In this document: piece after piece, positions 26,531-38,599 of the stretch
How the letters are laid out: each line of letters opens with the position of its first letter
Position numbering within the stretch: the stretch's first letter is position 1
Source of the DNA: Eledone cirrhosa
Lineage: Eukaryota
Direction of reading: 5' to 3'
DNA length: 64,000 bases
Assembly: GCA_964016885.1 (NCBI GenBank)
Contig: OZ024744.1
Location: forward strand, 67,642,001-67,706,000
Notes under the pieces: generated by a model
Told to the model about the DNA's origin: nothing
The model's database searches: none
What the model saw: only the letters and a program-made list of their open reading frames with translations
Position numbers and translations under genes: made by a program

Positions 26531-26874
26531 TTAGATAGATATATTTCTTTATTTGCCACAAGGGCGCACAAAAAAGGGAGACAATACAAGGACACATGCC
26601 GGGGATTTTACATACAATTGTGTAAAAATATTGAAACAAACAAATTTAACAATCGAAATCCCCAATAGGGCGGAGGCGTTACAAATGGATTGTTTAATAC
26701 CCTGTAGATAGAACAACCCTCAACTTCAGGAGCATGTTGTGCAAGTGCTCTCTTCTTCAACCTACAGGTTTATATACAGAGAAGGCCCAATCACTCGGGT
26801 CATTTTTTGCTACATTCACCCACCTTTCAGTAAATTTACTGGGGTGCGGTGTCTCTCTCTGATTCTCCTTCTAA
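26531..26874 (-). mobile_element. Tx1 3' end fragment
   Basis: Reverse complement resembles 1-128 and 1770-1941; ends AATAAAGAAATATATCTATCT. Confidence 0.85.
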
Positions 26875-28888
26875 AGCTAACCCCCATGTTCAATGATTTT
26901 GAGATCTACGCATCTCTCTGTCAGCCAGGAGGTGGAGGGGGGAGTTGCTATTCTGTTTCGAAAAAACTTGGATCTCAATGTACAGACGATTCACTTGGAC
27001 CCGGAGGGCAGCCTGGTGGTTCTGGACGTGAATGGTAGTGAAGGTGGAGCTTTCAGACTGGTGGCCATATATTCCTCGACTGGGACATCGCGACCAGAGT
27101 TCTTCAAGCGTCTGGAGTCATTCCTGGAAATGTCTTGCTCCTTAGTGTTAGCGGGGGACTAGAATGACATCTTAGATGCACGTTGGGACTATGTGGGAGC
27201 TTGTGATAATAGAGGAGGGTGTAATAGCCTCAAAAATCTCATCAGCCAATTCAAACTGCCTGATAGATATCGACTAGACTTCCCAAGTGCACCACTGTGG
27301 ACATGGAGCAACCGCACTGGGTCTTCTAGATCGTATTTAGATAGATTTTTAATTAGAGAGAATCATAAAGAAACATTAAGCTGTCCATAAATGCACATGG
27401 TTGCCTATTCAGACCACAAATTAGTCACCTGCATAGTCAACCTTGATAGAACACATAGACAGGAACCCGGATACTGGAAGCTAAACATGTCACTCCCGGC
27501 GCGTAAGGCCTACAGTAAACATATTAACACATCAGTTAAGTGCCAGTTGACGGAGGCGATCGTCAACAGCAGGTGGTGGAGCTCTCTCAAGAGAGCAATT
27601 AGAATAGAATCGATAGCATTTAGCAAGGAAGTAGCGTTAGAAAAAAAAAAAAACTGAAAAGGAACTGGTAGCTAAAGTAGAAGAAGCACTTAGGAATGGC
27701 AGTACAGCTGACGTGCTAGCGGCGAGAACGGCACTAGACCAGTTCTTTAACGTGAAACACGAATGTTGTAGTGTTAGAAGTAGAACACGTGCTCTAAGAA
27801 ACGAGGCAGCCAAAGCTGTTAGCTGGGCCCGAGTTGGCAGAGGCGAAAAATGGCAACAAATTCACAATTCGGTCTTTGTAAGACAAAGATGGACGCATTC
27901 TACTTGAATCCAAGTAGACGTGCACGGCCCTCCAGCAGCATTTTGCACAACTATTTGGGCAAAGCGGTATGTTGAGCGAGGTGATAGACTTCAGTTCCTA
28001 CCTCGACGGCCTACCACGACTCTCGAACACGGATGCAGAGAGCTACGAAAGGCCGATTACAGCGGGCGAAATAGAAGATGCCCTAGGCCTCTGCGGGAAA
28101 CGCAAATCATCCGGTTTAGATGGTCTACGCTATGACTTGTTCTCTGGTATCCTCGAAGCGGTCTACTGCAACTGGCAGCAGAACGGGAGGATTCCCAGTT
28201 CTATAGGCAGAAGCGTAATAACGCTGATCAGGAAAGATGAGAACAAGGGGGATAAGATAAGCAATTTCAGGCCCATAACTCTGCTCAACACAGAGTTAAA
28301 GATTTTGGCCAAGGTGTTAGCAACGAGGCTGGCACTTGTCGTTGAGAACCTGGTAGGGGAAGCGCAAACGTGTGCAATCCCGACCAGGTCCATACACGAC
28401 AACCTCCACCTCATGCGATACATCATAGAGAGGGTAGGGTGTAAACCTGGCTTCGGTGGGGCTCAGATCAATTTAGATCAGTCTAAGGCATTTGATAGGG
28501 TCGACCATCAATACTTGGAAGCAGTTCTCAAGGCGGCCAGCTTCGGTCCCGTCTTCAGAGGCTGGATCGCTGCCAGGCACACCAGCATCTACTTGGAGGT
28601 CAAGGTGAATGGCTACCTATGAAAGCCATTCCAAATCATGCGTTCCATCCGTCAGGGATGCCCTCTCTCCTCTATTCTGTATGTACTGACTCTCGAGCCA
28701 TTACTGCGGAAGTTGGCACTGTTGCGAGGCATCCCGATCGAACCAGGACTGCGGAAAGCAGTGTCGGGCTATGCCGACGACATAACCGTAACGGTGTCGA
28801 AAACCTTGGAAATCAGGGTAATCGGCAACCTATTACGAGAATACGAAACTTTGACAGGAGCAAGAATAAACCCAAACAAGTCTGTCGG
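26875..28888 (+). mobile_element. Degenerate Tx1 ORF2 (APE-RT)
   Basis: ORF pieces with YLDR, YSDH, FRPITLLN, DQSKAFD, QGCPLS, GYADD; stops and frameshifts. Confidence 0.92.
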
Positions 28889-28937
28889 CAAATATATCTA
28901 TTTATCTATCTATCTATCTATCTATGTATATCTATCT

Positions 28938-31900
28938 ACGAAGGAGGCGAAGGGTGAGTGATCTCTTTTCCTCTTTTAACTTTTCAGCACCAACATGGCC
29001 AATATAAGAGTTGGATGTGTGAACGTACGCGGCCTGGGGATGCCCTGGAAACAGGGCAAACTCTTAAACGACCTCAGGTCACACAGTTTGGATGTGGTAG
29101 CCATTTGCGAGTCCAGGATCCACGGCGAGCGACAGCTGGCCCCCATCTTCGATGACTTTGAGATCTACGCATCTCTCTGTCAACCGGGGGTTGGGGGCGG
29201 AGTTGCCGTTTTGCTGCGGAAACACCTGGGCCTCGTAACACAGACGGTACATCTGGACCCGGAGGGTCGACTGGTGGTCCTAGACGTTGACGGTAGTGAA
29301 GGTGGAGCCTTCAGGCTGGTGGCCGCATATGCCCCATCCGGGACACCGCGGCCAGACTTCTTCAAACGTCTAGAGACTTTTCTGGGAACGTCCCGCTCCT
29401 TGCTTTTAGTGGGGGACTGGAATGGAATCCTAGATGCACGTTGGGACTATGTGGGAGCATGTCCCGACAAAGGGGGGTGTAACAGCCTCAAACAGTTAAT
29501 CGACCGATTTGACCTGGCCGATAGATATCGACTAGATTTTCCGACTGCGCCAATGTGGACGTGGAGTAATCGTAGCGGAACATCTAGATCGTACCTAGAT
29601 AGGGTTCTAGTTAGAAATAAGGATAGGGACATGTTAAGCTGTCCACAAATGTTCATGGTTGCCTATTCAGATCACAAACTAGTGACCTGCATGGCCAACC
29701 TTGATAGAACCCATAGACAAGGACCCGGCTACTGGAAGCTGAACTTGTCGTTACCGACAAGCAAAGCCTACAGTAGACGGATTAGCACTTTAGTTAAACA
29801 GCACTTGACAGGGGCCATTGTCAACAACAGATGGTGGTACTCTCTCAAGAGGGCAGTTAGATTAGACTCGATAGTTTTTAGTAAAGAATTAGCGTTAGAT
29901 AGAAATAGAACCGAGAAGGAACTGGTAGATAAAGTAGAAGAGGCAATTAGAAGTGGCAACGTAGCCAGCGTGCTAGCAACGAGAACGGCCTTGGACCAGT
30001 TCTTCGACGCAAAGCACGAGGGCTGCGTTGTCAGAAGCAAAATACGTGCTCTGGGAAACGAGGGAGCCAAAGCTGTTAGCTGGGCCCGAGTGACGGAGGC
30101 AAAAAGTGGCAACAAGTCCACGATTCGGTCTTTAAAGGACCAAAACGGACGCGTGATACGTGAGCCGAAGCAGATGTGTGCGGCTTTTCAGCAACACTTT
30201 GCTCGGCTGTTCGGGGGGAGCGGCGCGCCGGGAGAGGCTATGGATTTCGGTCCATACCTCGACGGCCTACCGCGACTCTCGGACAGTGAGGCGAAGTTCT
30301 GCGAAAAGCCGATTTCAGCCACTGAGATAGGGGACGCGCTGAGCCAATGCGGCAAACGCAAATCTCCAGGTCTCGACGGTCTACCCTACGAATTTTACGT
30401 AGCAATGCCGGACTTATTCTCCGGTCTCCTGGAAGCGGTCTACTGCAACTGGCAACAGAACAGGAGAATTCCCAGTTCTGTAACCGGGGGCGTGGTCACA
30501 CTAATCAGGAAGGACGAGAATAAGGGGGATGACATAGGCAACTTCCGGCCCATAACTCTGCTAAACACAGAGTTACAGATTTTGGCCAAGGTGTTGGCAA
30601 AGAGGCTGGCGCTTGTCGTCGAGAACCTGGTGGGAGAAGCGCAGACATGCGCGATCCCGACCAGGTCCATACACGACAACCTCCACCTCATGCGATACAT
30701 CATAGAGAGGGTAGGGTGTAAACCCGGCTTCGGTGGGGCCCTGATCAACTTGGATCAGTCTAAGGCTTTCGATAGGGTTGACCATCGTTACCTGGATGCG
30801 GTGCTCGAGGCGGCAGGCTTCGGACCCGTGTTCAGGGGCTGGATTGCTGCAATGCACAACAGCAACATCTGCTCAAGGGTCAAGGTGAACGGTTACCTCT
30901 CGGAGCCGTTCCATATTACGCGATCCATTCGACAGGGATGCCCTCTCTCCTCCCTTCTGTACGTACTGACTCTCGAGCCACTACTGCGGAAGCTGGAGCT
31001 ATTGCAGGGCATCCCTCTGGAACCGGGACTGCGGAAAGCGGCGTCGGCCTATGCCGACGACGTGACAGTAATGGTGTCGAGCGCCTCGCAAATCGAGGAA
31101 GTCGGCACCTTACTAAAGGAATACGAAAGTCTCACAGGAGCGAAGCTGAACCGGGACAAGTCCATCGGTTTGCAACTCGGATCGTGGAGAGGCAGACCGA
31201 TGCCTTCCGATGGCGTCGTCGGACGCTGGACGGAAGGACCGGTAAAGCTGCTCGGGGTCTGGTTTGGTCCGGACCTCCAGGTGGAGAAGAACTGGAACGA
31301 AGTGACGGCCAAGGTGTTTGCACTCACCCAGAAGTGGGCCGAGTGCAAACTATCCTTGAAAGGTCGAGCGGAGGTGGCGAACACTTTTATAGCGTCCGCC
31401 ATCTACTACCGCTTGACCGTCGTGCCTTGTCCAGCCAAAACGCTCGCCAAAATGGAGCGCGCCCTCTTCCGATTCCTTTGGAAGAGGCGGGCTCCTTTGG
31501 TAAGAAGATCCATCTGCTGCCAACACCCTTCTAACGGAGGGCTGGGGATGCCGTGGTTGACGATGCGCAAACACGCGCTCAGGCTGCGGCATCTCTACGT
31601 ATTCCTCACCGGACAACCGGTGTGGGCCCCGTTCGTGAGGCGAGCCTTCCCACGACTCGTCTCGCTGACCGAGCTGCAGTCCTGGGTCAAGCAGAGACCG
31701 AGGAAAATGGGCGACTGGCACATCGTATGTGCTCAGGCGCTCACAGCCCTCTGGCAGGCGGACCCAGCGATCAGTGGAGACTCCACTTCGTCATTCTATA
31801 GAGGGTTGGTCCGCAGCAAGTGCGACGACGCGCTCGGTGAAACTCTAGGCGTGGAGGAAGATGAACTGGCCAGTCTGTTCGGTAGGACCTTCCGCCCGGG

Positions 31901-32668
31901 ACCGATGGACAACTTCCAAAAGTCCCTGGCCTGGCAGTGCTACCGAGGAGCTCTACCAGTTCGAGACAAGCTCTACAGACATGGGCTCCCGGGCAGGGAC
32001 CCTGCAAAAAAGATCTGTCCGAGGTGCGTGCGAGACGAAGAAACCGTCGCGCACGCATTCATACACTGCCCGGGCGTCACTGACCTGTGGGGCTATGTAG
32101 AACGACTATTGTCGCGGGTGAGACCAATCCAGTTGACCACCGAGTCCATTGTCATGATCAAACCGCCACCCTCCTTCAAAAACGAAGGAGAGGCGGTTTT
32201 CCTTTGTGTGATAGCTATGGCGAAAGAGGTTGTATGGTGGACAAGGTTGAAAGGGCTGAGGTCAGACACCTTTCTCTCCGGCCAACAACTGATTCTTTTT
32301 TTCAAATACCACTTTGGAAGAAGAATCAGGATGGAGAGAGAGGTGCTGTACCCCAGCAAGTTTTATGAAAGGTGGGTGAAAGTGGCGAGAATGACCCGAG
32401 TGAATGGGCCTTCTCTCTATATCAGCCTGTAGGTTGAGGAAAAGGAGGAGGAGAGGAAAGGAGTACAAGCTCTTCGTACTCCTGGAGATGAGGGTTGCAC
32501 ATTTTTTTCGGGGGTCTGTGTTACCCATATAAACTGTCTCCCTCTATTGGGGAAAATCGACTAACTTTTAAATTCCATCTGTGATAACATTTTACACGTT
32601 TTTATTGTATGTAAACTTCCCCCTTTGTATTTGTCCCCTTCTTTTGTGCCCCTGTGGCTAATAAAGAA
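28938..32668 (+). mobile_element. Young Tx1 LINE copy truncated in the last codons of ORF1; intact ORF2 and 3' UTR; (TCTA)n on both sides
   Basis: (TCTA)n at 28893-28937 and 32669-32746; AATAAA near 32660. Confidence 0.95.
28995..32432 (+). CDS. L1/Tx1-clade ORF2 polyprotein: APE endonuclease + reverse transcriptase + C-terminal zinc knuckle (1145 aa)
   Basis: NVRGL, GDWN, YLDR, SDH (APE); KSPGLDG, FRPITLLN, DQSKAFD, IRQGCPLS, AYADD (RT); CPRC..E...HAFIHC. Open throughout. Confidence 0.96.
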   Translation: MANIRVGCVNVRGLGMPWKQGKLLNDLRSHSLDVVAICESRIHGERQLAPIFDDFEIYASLCQPGVGGGVAVLLRKHLGLVTQTVHLDPEGRLVVLDVDGSEGGAFRLVAAYAPSGTPRPDFFKRLETFLGTSRSLLLVGDWNGILDARWDYVGACPDKGGCNSLKQLIDRFDLADRYRLDFPTAPMWTWSNRSGTSRSYLDRVLVRNKDRDMLSCPQMFMVAYSDHKLVTCMANLDRTHRQGPGYWKLNLSLPTSKAYSRRISTLVKQHLTGAIVNNRWWYSLKRAVRLDSIVFSKELALDRNRTEKELVDKVEEAIRSGNVASVLATRTALDQFFDAKHEGCVVRSKIRALGNEGAKAVSWARVTEAKSGNKSTIRSLKDQNGRVIREPKQMCAAFQQHFARLFGGSGAPGEAMDFGPYLDGLPRLSDSEAKFCEKPISATEIGDALSQCGKRKSPGLDGLPYEFYVAMPDLFSGLLEAVYCNWQQNRRIPSSVTGGVVTLIRKDENKGDDIGNFRPITLLNTELQILAKVLAKRLALVVENLVGEAQTCAIPTRSIHDNLHLMRYIIERVGCKPGFGGALINLDQSKAFDRVDHRYLDAVLEAAGFGPVFRGWIAAMHNSNICSRVKVNGYLSEPFHITRSIRQGCPLSSLLYVLTLEPLLRKLELLQGIPLEPGLRKAASAYADDVTVMVSSASQIEEVGTLLKEYESLTGAKLNRDKSIGLQLGSWRGRPMPSDGVVGRWTEGPVKLLGVWFGPDLQVEKNWNEVTAKVFALTQKWAECKLSLKGRAEVANTFIASAIYYRLTVVPCPAKTLAKMERALFRFLWKRRAPLVRRSICCQHPSNGGLGMPWLTMRKHALRLRHLYVFLTGQPVWAPFVRRAFPRLVSLTELQSWVKQRPRKMGDWHIVCAQALTALWQADPAISGDSTSSFYRGLVRSKCDDALGETLGVEEDELASLFGRTFRPGPMDNFQKSLAWQCYRGALPVRDKLYRHGLPGRDPAKKICPRCVRDEETVAHAFIHCPGVTDLWGYVERLLSRVRPIQLTTESIVMIKPPPSFKNEGEAVFLCVIAMAKEVVWWTRLKGLRSDTFLSGQQLILFFKYHFGRRIRMEREVLYPSKFYERWVKVARMTRVNGPSLYISL

Positions 32669-32683
32669 ATATATCTATCTATC

Positions 32684-32727
<44 letters not shown>

Positions 32728-32956
32728 CACCTATCTATCTATCTATTTTTCCTATCTACTCACCTATTATTATGTTTTCCTCTTATTCTCTCCTCTTCCC
32801 ATTACTCATTGCAATTATTGGTACCATAATGTTGTTAAGATGTTCCCATTACAGGTTCACAATCTTTTATCCGAAGTGTCTGGTCTCAAGGTTTTCGGAT
32901 AAGAGATTGTGAACTTGTACCACATAGTACAATCAACTTCCTATTATAATAATAGT

Positions 32957-33139
32957 TTCTACTTTTGGCACAAGGCCAGCAATTATTCCAGTGTATTACT
33001 GGTACTTTATTTTATCGACCCCGTAAGGATGAAAGGCAAAGTTAACCTCAGCGGGATTTGAACTCAGAATGGAAAGGGCCGTAACTCTGTTTGTCAAAGC
33101 ATGGCATCCGACCCTCTACTGATACTGCCAATCCACCGC
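32957..33139 (-). mobile_element. tRNA-derived SINE
   Basis: A-box TGGCAGTATCAG and B-box GAGTTCAAATCC on the minus strand; same core as other copies. Confidence 0.88.
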
Positions 33140-33348
33140 ATAATATTATTTCACCCTTGTTATAACACTATTAGTATTATTATTATTCTATTACCATAGT
33201 ACCAATACTTCTATACTACTATTACCACACTAACAAGAATGCACACATATATATACTTACATACAGACCAACCATATACACGCACATATATATAGACCAA
33301 ATACTTTTTCACACATACTTAGACGCACCCATACATACACACATACAT

Positions 33349-33451
<103 letters not shown>

Positions 33452-33457
33452 AGCTGC

Positions 33458-33517
33458 AGTTTGGATTTGTATCAGGTAAGAGTACCACAGATGCCCTTAC
33501 CTGATACAAATTCAAAC

Positions 33518-33599
<82 letters not shown>

Positions 33600-34860
33600 G
33601 ATACAGTTTGGATTTGTATCAGGTAAGAATACCACAGATGCCCTCTTCCTTGTAAGACAACTGCAGAAGAAGTACCTAGCTAAGAGTAAGCCCCTTCACC
33701 TGGCCTTTCTCGACCTTGAGAAAGCTTTTGACAGAGTGAGTCCCCCATTCCATTATCTGGTGGGCTCTTAGGAAACTAGGAGTTGATGAATGTCATGTGA
33801 GGGCAATTCAAGCAATGTATATAAGAACAGCCAATAAGGTTAGAATTAACAATGACTATAGTGAAGAATTTAGCGTGCAGATTGGTGTCCATCAGGGCTC
33901 TGTTCTTAGCCCTATTCTGGAGGTAATAACAGAGGAGTTTAAGACCGGCTGTCCATGGGAACTTCTGTATGCTGATTACTTAACCCTTATAGCCAAATCT
34001 ATAGCTAAACTAGAGATGAAATTCCAAACCTGGAAGCAAGGCCTAGAATCTAGAGGTCTTAAAGTCAATCTGACAATGACTAAAGTCCTAGTAAGTAGAG
34101 GACATAACAGGGCCCAGATCACCTCTGGGAAATGGCCCTGCTCAGTGTGCAGAAAAAGAGTAGGTAGAAATTCCATTCTATGTACCAAATGCAAGCAATG
34201 GGTACACAAGAGATGTAGTGGGACCTCAGGAAGACTAACAAAGAATGTAGGTTTTACTTGTGTAGATGCATAAGGGCAGTAAGATACAACCATCTTCAAA
34301 TTGAAGTGGTATATTGTTTCCGTTACAGTAGTGGGGGAGTGTGTTCCGAAAGCCCAGTAACCAGAGTAAGATCGGGATGGAGAAAATTCAGGGAGCTACT
34401 ACCATTACTAACTACAAAATCTTTTTTTCTCAAAATGAAAGACAGACTGTATGATGCATGTATATGAACAACAATGTTGCACAGCAGCGAGATCTGGGCA
34501 CTGTCTGCTGAGGACCTGTGAAGATTGGAAAGAAATGACGCCTCCATGCTTTGCTGGATGTGCAATAGCAATATATGAAACGGCAAAGTATAAATATACT
34601 GCATGAGAAATTAGGCTTAAGAGGGATCAGTTGTTGCGTGCAGGAGAGGAAATTGTGTTGGTATGGACATGTGATGCTTATGAAGGATGACAGCTGTATA
34701 AAAAGGTGCAGAACGCTCAAATTTGATGGTAGCCGTGGTGTGGGCAGGCCTAGGAAGACTTGGTATGAGGTAATAAAAGCTGACTTACACAATTACACCT
34801 CTCAAGGACAATGACACAGGACCAAGACTGCTGGCGCTATGCAGTTTTACAGAAGACCCG
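33458..34860 (+). mobile_element. Degenerate RTE-clade LINE 3' part
   Basis: QFGF, DLEKAFD, GVHQGSVLSP, ELLYAD, inserted WPCSVC...C..C..WVH.RC finger, W.GHV, GRPRKTW. Confidence 0.88.
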
Positions 34861-35029
34861 CCCTCTATTATTCTCAGGCTGAGGCTTATACCTAGTAGGC
34901 AACACCTTCCTCAACCTTCTCCTCTCTCATTCACCTCCCTTAGCGGTAACCATACCTCTCCTACTACCTTGTCCACATTTTCCCCCAAGCTTCCTCTCAC
35001 ATCCCTAGTCCCAATACAATAGTGCCCAG

Positions 35030-35380
35030 GCCCCACTGCAAAGTGGTCATGTCAGTGACATGACAAAGGTGTCCAGTCCACACTGTAAAGTGGTTGTGTA
35101 GGTGTCACGACAAAAAGCACCCAGTCCACACTGTAGAGTGATCGTGTAGGTTTCACAACAAAAAGTGCCCAGTCCACGCTGTAATGTGGTCGTGTAGGTG
35201 ACATGACAAAAAGCACCCACCACACTCTGTAAATGTGGTTTGTATATGTATATATATATGTATATTATACTGGTACCACAAAACATCCAGCCCATACTGT
35301 AAAGTGATCGTGTAAAAGGCACGGCAAAAAGCACCCAGCACACACTATCAATGTGGATGGCGTTAGGAAGGGCATCTGTA
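35030..35380. repeat. ~45-bp tandem repeat within a SINE-like element; inverted relative at ~57470-57680
   Basis: AAAAAGCACCCAGTCCACACTGTAAAGTGRTCGTGTAGG units followed by GGCGTTAGGAAGGGCATC. Confidence 0.7.
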
Positions 35381-35777
35381 CATCAAAAGCTGCTTCTATA
35401 CATCACACAGCTATCAAGCTATCCTGCCTCTTGAACTACAAGTGACCGTTCTGGTCTCCAAAAGATCTCCACCTACTTGACTGAATTTTCCCTTCTTCCA
35501 AATCCAAATCCAAATCACTCATGTCACAAAGCCTTCATGTTGGAGGAACCCCCCCCCTATCCCTGGATGACCTCTAACACTTTGTATCTCTGGACACACT
35601 GGGCCATGTTGGACTAAAGTATCAGGTCAGATCATCATGTCATCTTACCTTTGGCTGCCCTCTAGTTCTTCTCTACTGCCTTGGTGTACACTATATCACT
35701 CTAATAGTCCACCTGTTGTCTCTGAAATGAGAGACATGGTCAGCACATCTACATTTGTCCTTCTAGATGGTCTAGAC

Positions 35778-36601
35778 CAGAGGTCCCTCAAAGTAAGCAT
35801 TACCACCCCCCCCCCCCTACAGGTGCATCTACAGGTGCCGAAGAGGGTAGTGGGAGGTGGTAAAGATGATATAATAGTATATTAAATATCAAATGATACA
35901 TATATATATATAAATATAGTAAAACAAAAAATATATTATATTTATTTATACATAGTATATATTATATTATTTATTAACGATTGTATTTATTATATATTAT
36001 TTACTTGACTTTGCCTTTCATCCTTACGGGGTCGATAAAATAAAGTACCAGTAATGCACTGGGTAATTGCTGGCCTTGTGCCTAAAGTAGAAACAATTAT
36101 TTACAAAAGGGCGGTAGATTGGCAGTATCGGTAAAGTGTTGGACGCCATGCTTTGTAGCATAGAGTTACATCCCTTTATGGTCTGAGTTCAAATCCCGCC
36201 GAGTTTAACTTTGCCTTTCATCCTTACGGGGGTCGATAAAATAAAATACCAGTAATACACTGGGATGATTGCTGGCCTTGTGCCAAAAGTAGAAACAATT
36301 ATCATAGAACACCGAGGTGGAATAGCAGAGTCAGTAGAGCATCAGACATCATGCTTTTCAACATAGAGTTACGTCCCTTTACGGTCTGAGTTCAAATCCC
36401 GCCGAGGTTGACTTTGCCTTTCATCCTTATGGGGGTCGATAAAATAAAGCACCAGTAATACACTGGGGTTAATTGCTGGCCTTGTGCCAAAAGTATAAAT
36501 AATTATTTACAATTTACATGTAGGCAGGAAATAGTGGTGAGCAGCACTGAAGGTATTACGTGGTCTTTTGAGGGAGAAGGGGAAAAGTTTGAGAACCTCT
36601 G
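35778..36601. mobile_element. Non-autonomous hAT (Charlie-type) element carrying three SINE copies
   Basis: TIRs CAGAGGTCCCTCAAA / TTTGAGAACCTCTG; 8-bp TSD GTCTAGAC (35770-77) / GTCTAGAT (36602-09). Confidence 0.75.
36005..36500 (+). mobile_element. Three tandem tRNA-SINE copies (first one 5'-truncated)
   Basis: Core repeated at ~36005, ~36205 and ~36408; B-boxes at ~36185 and ~36388. Confidence 0.85.
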
Positions 36602-36810
36602 GTCTAGATTATGTCCATTACTCCAGCACATTGGGAAATCCAACTGATGTTCTTCCCCTCATGTAATTGATGGTTCTGTGAGCAGTACTCCCACTAAGGC
36701 AGTCTCCATCTTTGCTGCCCACATTGCATCCAACTTTATCTAATATGCACACCACTAGATAAATCTTTTCAAAAACTAGCTTCATCCATTTTACTAAATT
36801 CCACCATAAT

Positions 36811-36846
<36 letters not shown>

Positions 36847-36955
36847 TACACAGTATACACACACACGCGCACCCACACACACACACACCTACATACACAT
36901 ACACACACATACATAGACACACACACATACACATTCACACACAGACATACACACA

Positions 36956-36988
<33 letters not shown>

Positions 36989-37090
36989 TACGCGCACACA
37001 CACACACCTACATACACATACACACACATACATAGACACACACATACACATTCACACATAGACACACACACAGACAGACACACACACACT

Positions 37091-37121
<31 letters not shown>

Positions 37122-37760
37122 TACATACATACACATACAGACGCATACATAGACACACACATACACATTCGCACACAGACACACACACAGAAACACACAC
37201 ACACACACTATACACACACGCACGCGCGCACGCGCACACACACACACCTGCATACACATACACACACATACATAGACACACACGTACATACACATTCACA
37301 CACAGACACACCTACATACACATACACACACATACATAGACACACACATACATACACATTCACACACATACATAGACACACACATACATACACATTCACA
37401 CACATACACACACATACACATATACACACTCGCACACATACACATGCACAGGCACGCACACATACACGCATACACATATGCACACACACACACACACACA
37501 CATGCGTACACATGCACACACAGACACAACAGACTCATACATACACACATGCATATGCACACAAACACGCACACATACACATGCACACAGAAATACACAC
37601 ACACACATACATACACATACACATACACACACATACACTCACACACACACATACACACACACACACTCTCTCTCTCTCTCACACATACACATACAGACAC
37701 ATACAGACACATACAAATATACATAACTACACACTCACACTCATACACACCACACACATG
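36811..37760. repeat. (CA)-rich microsatellite
   Basis: Read directly. Confidence 0.95.
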
Positions 37761-37864
37761 CCAAGTGTAGAAATATTTCCAGTGATTTCAAACCAATGAA
37801 GCTACTTGTCCTGAAAATATCCCTTCCGTGTTCTTACCTTTCTCTGCCGTTTTCTTAGGCCTTC

Positions 37865-38190
37865 AACTTTGCCTTTCATCCGTACGGGGTCGATAAAATA
37901 AAGTATCAGTCACGCACTGGGGTCGGTTTAATCGACTTTCCCCTTCCCCAAAATTTCTGGTCTTGTGCCTATATAAGAAACCAATATTTGAAAGGGCAGT
38001 GGATTGGCAGTATCGGTAGAGGATCGGTCGCCATGCTTTGACGCATAGAGTTACGGCCCTTGCCATTCTGAGTTCAAATCCCGCCAAGGTTAACTTTGCC
38101 TTTCATCCTTACGGGGTCGATAAAATAAAGTACCAGTAATGTACTGAGTAATTATTGGCCTTGTGCCTATATAAGAAACCAATATTTGAA
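37865..38190 (+). mobile_element. Two tandem tRNA-SINE copies
   Basis: Partial copy 37865-37990 and full copy 37993-38190. Confidence 0.85.
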
Positions 38191-38388
38191 ATGTTATTTT
38201 TATTTTATTTTGTTTTTTTCTCCCTTTTTTTATTATTTGTCTCACTATCTCTTTTTGATTTCCAACTATAAGGAGTACTCGATACTTCCCCAAGTCTGTC
38301 ATGGCTTACTAGCTCTATACGGACGTTTAAATTGAATAGATAATTATTGTTATATTTGGGCGTGTTATATTTGCCAGAAATATATAAT

Positions 38389-38575
38389 TGTTTCTACTTT
38401 TGGCACAAGGCCAGCAATTATCCAGTACATTACTGGTACTTTATTTTATCGACCCCGTAAGGATGAAAGGCAAAGTTAACCTCGGCAGGATTTGAACTCA
38501 GACCATAAAGGGCCGTAACTCTTTGCTGCAAAGAATGGCGTCCGACCCTCTACCGATACTGCCAATCCACCGCCC
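38389..38575 (-). mobile_element. tRNA-derived SINE
   Basis: Same family, minus strand. Confidence 0.85.
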
Positions 38576-38599
38576 TTATATATAATAATAATAATAATA

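Noticed and set aside
28954-28987. Micro-intron fusing ORF1 to ORF2
   Set aside because: It is only 34 nt, splicing leaves the ORF2 ATG out of frame, and two of the four copies lack the AG.
29180-32528. Antisense and alternate-frame ORFs over Tx1 ORF2
   Set aside because: They are shadows of a GC-rich coding sequence and recur only because the element is repeated.
36110-36205. tRNA gene
   Set aside because: A and B boxes are present, but there is no cloverleaf and the head is always joined to the SINE core.
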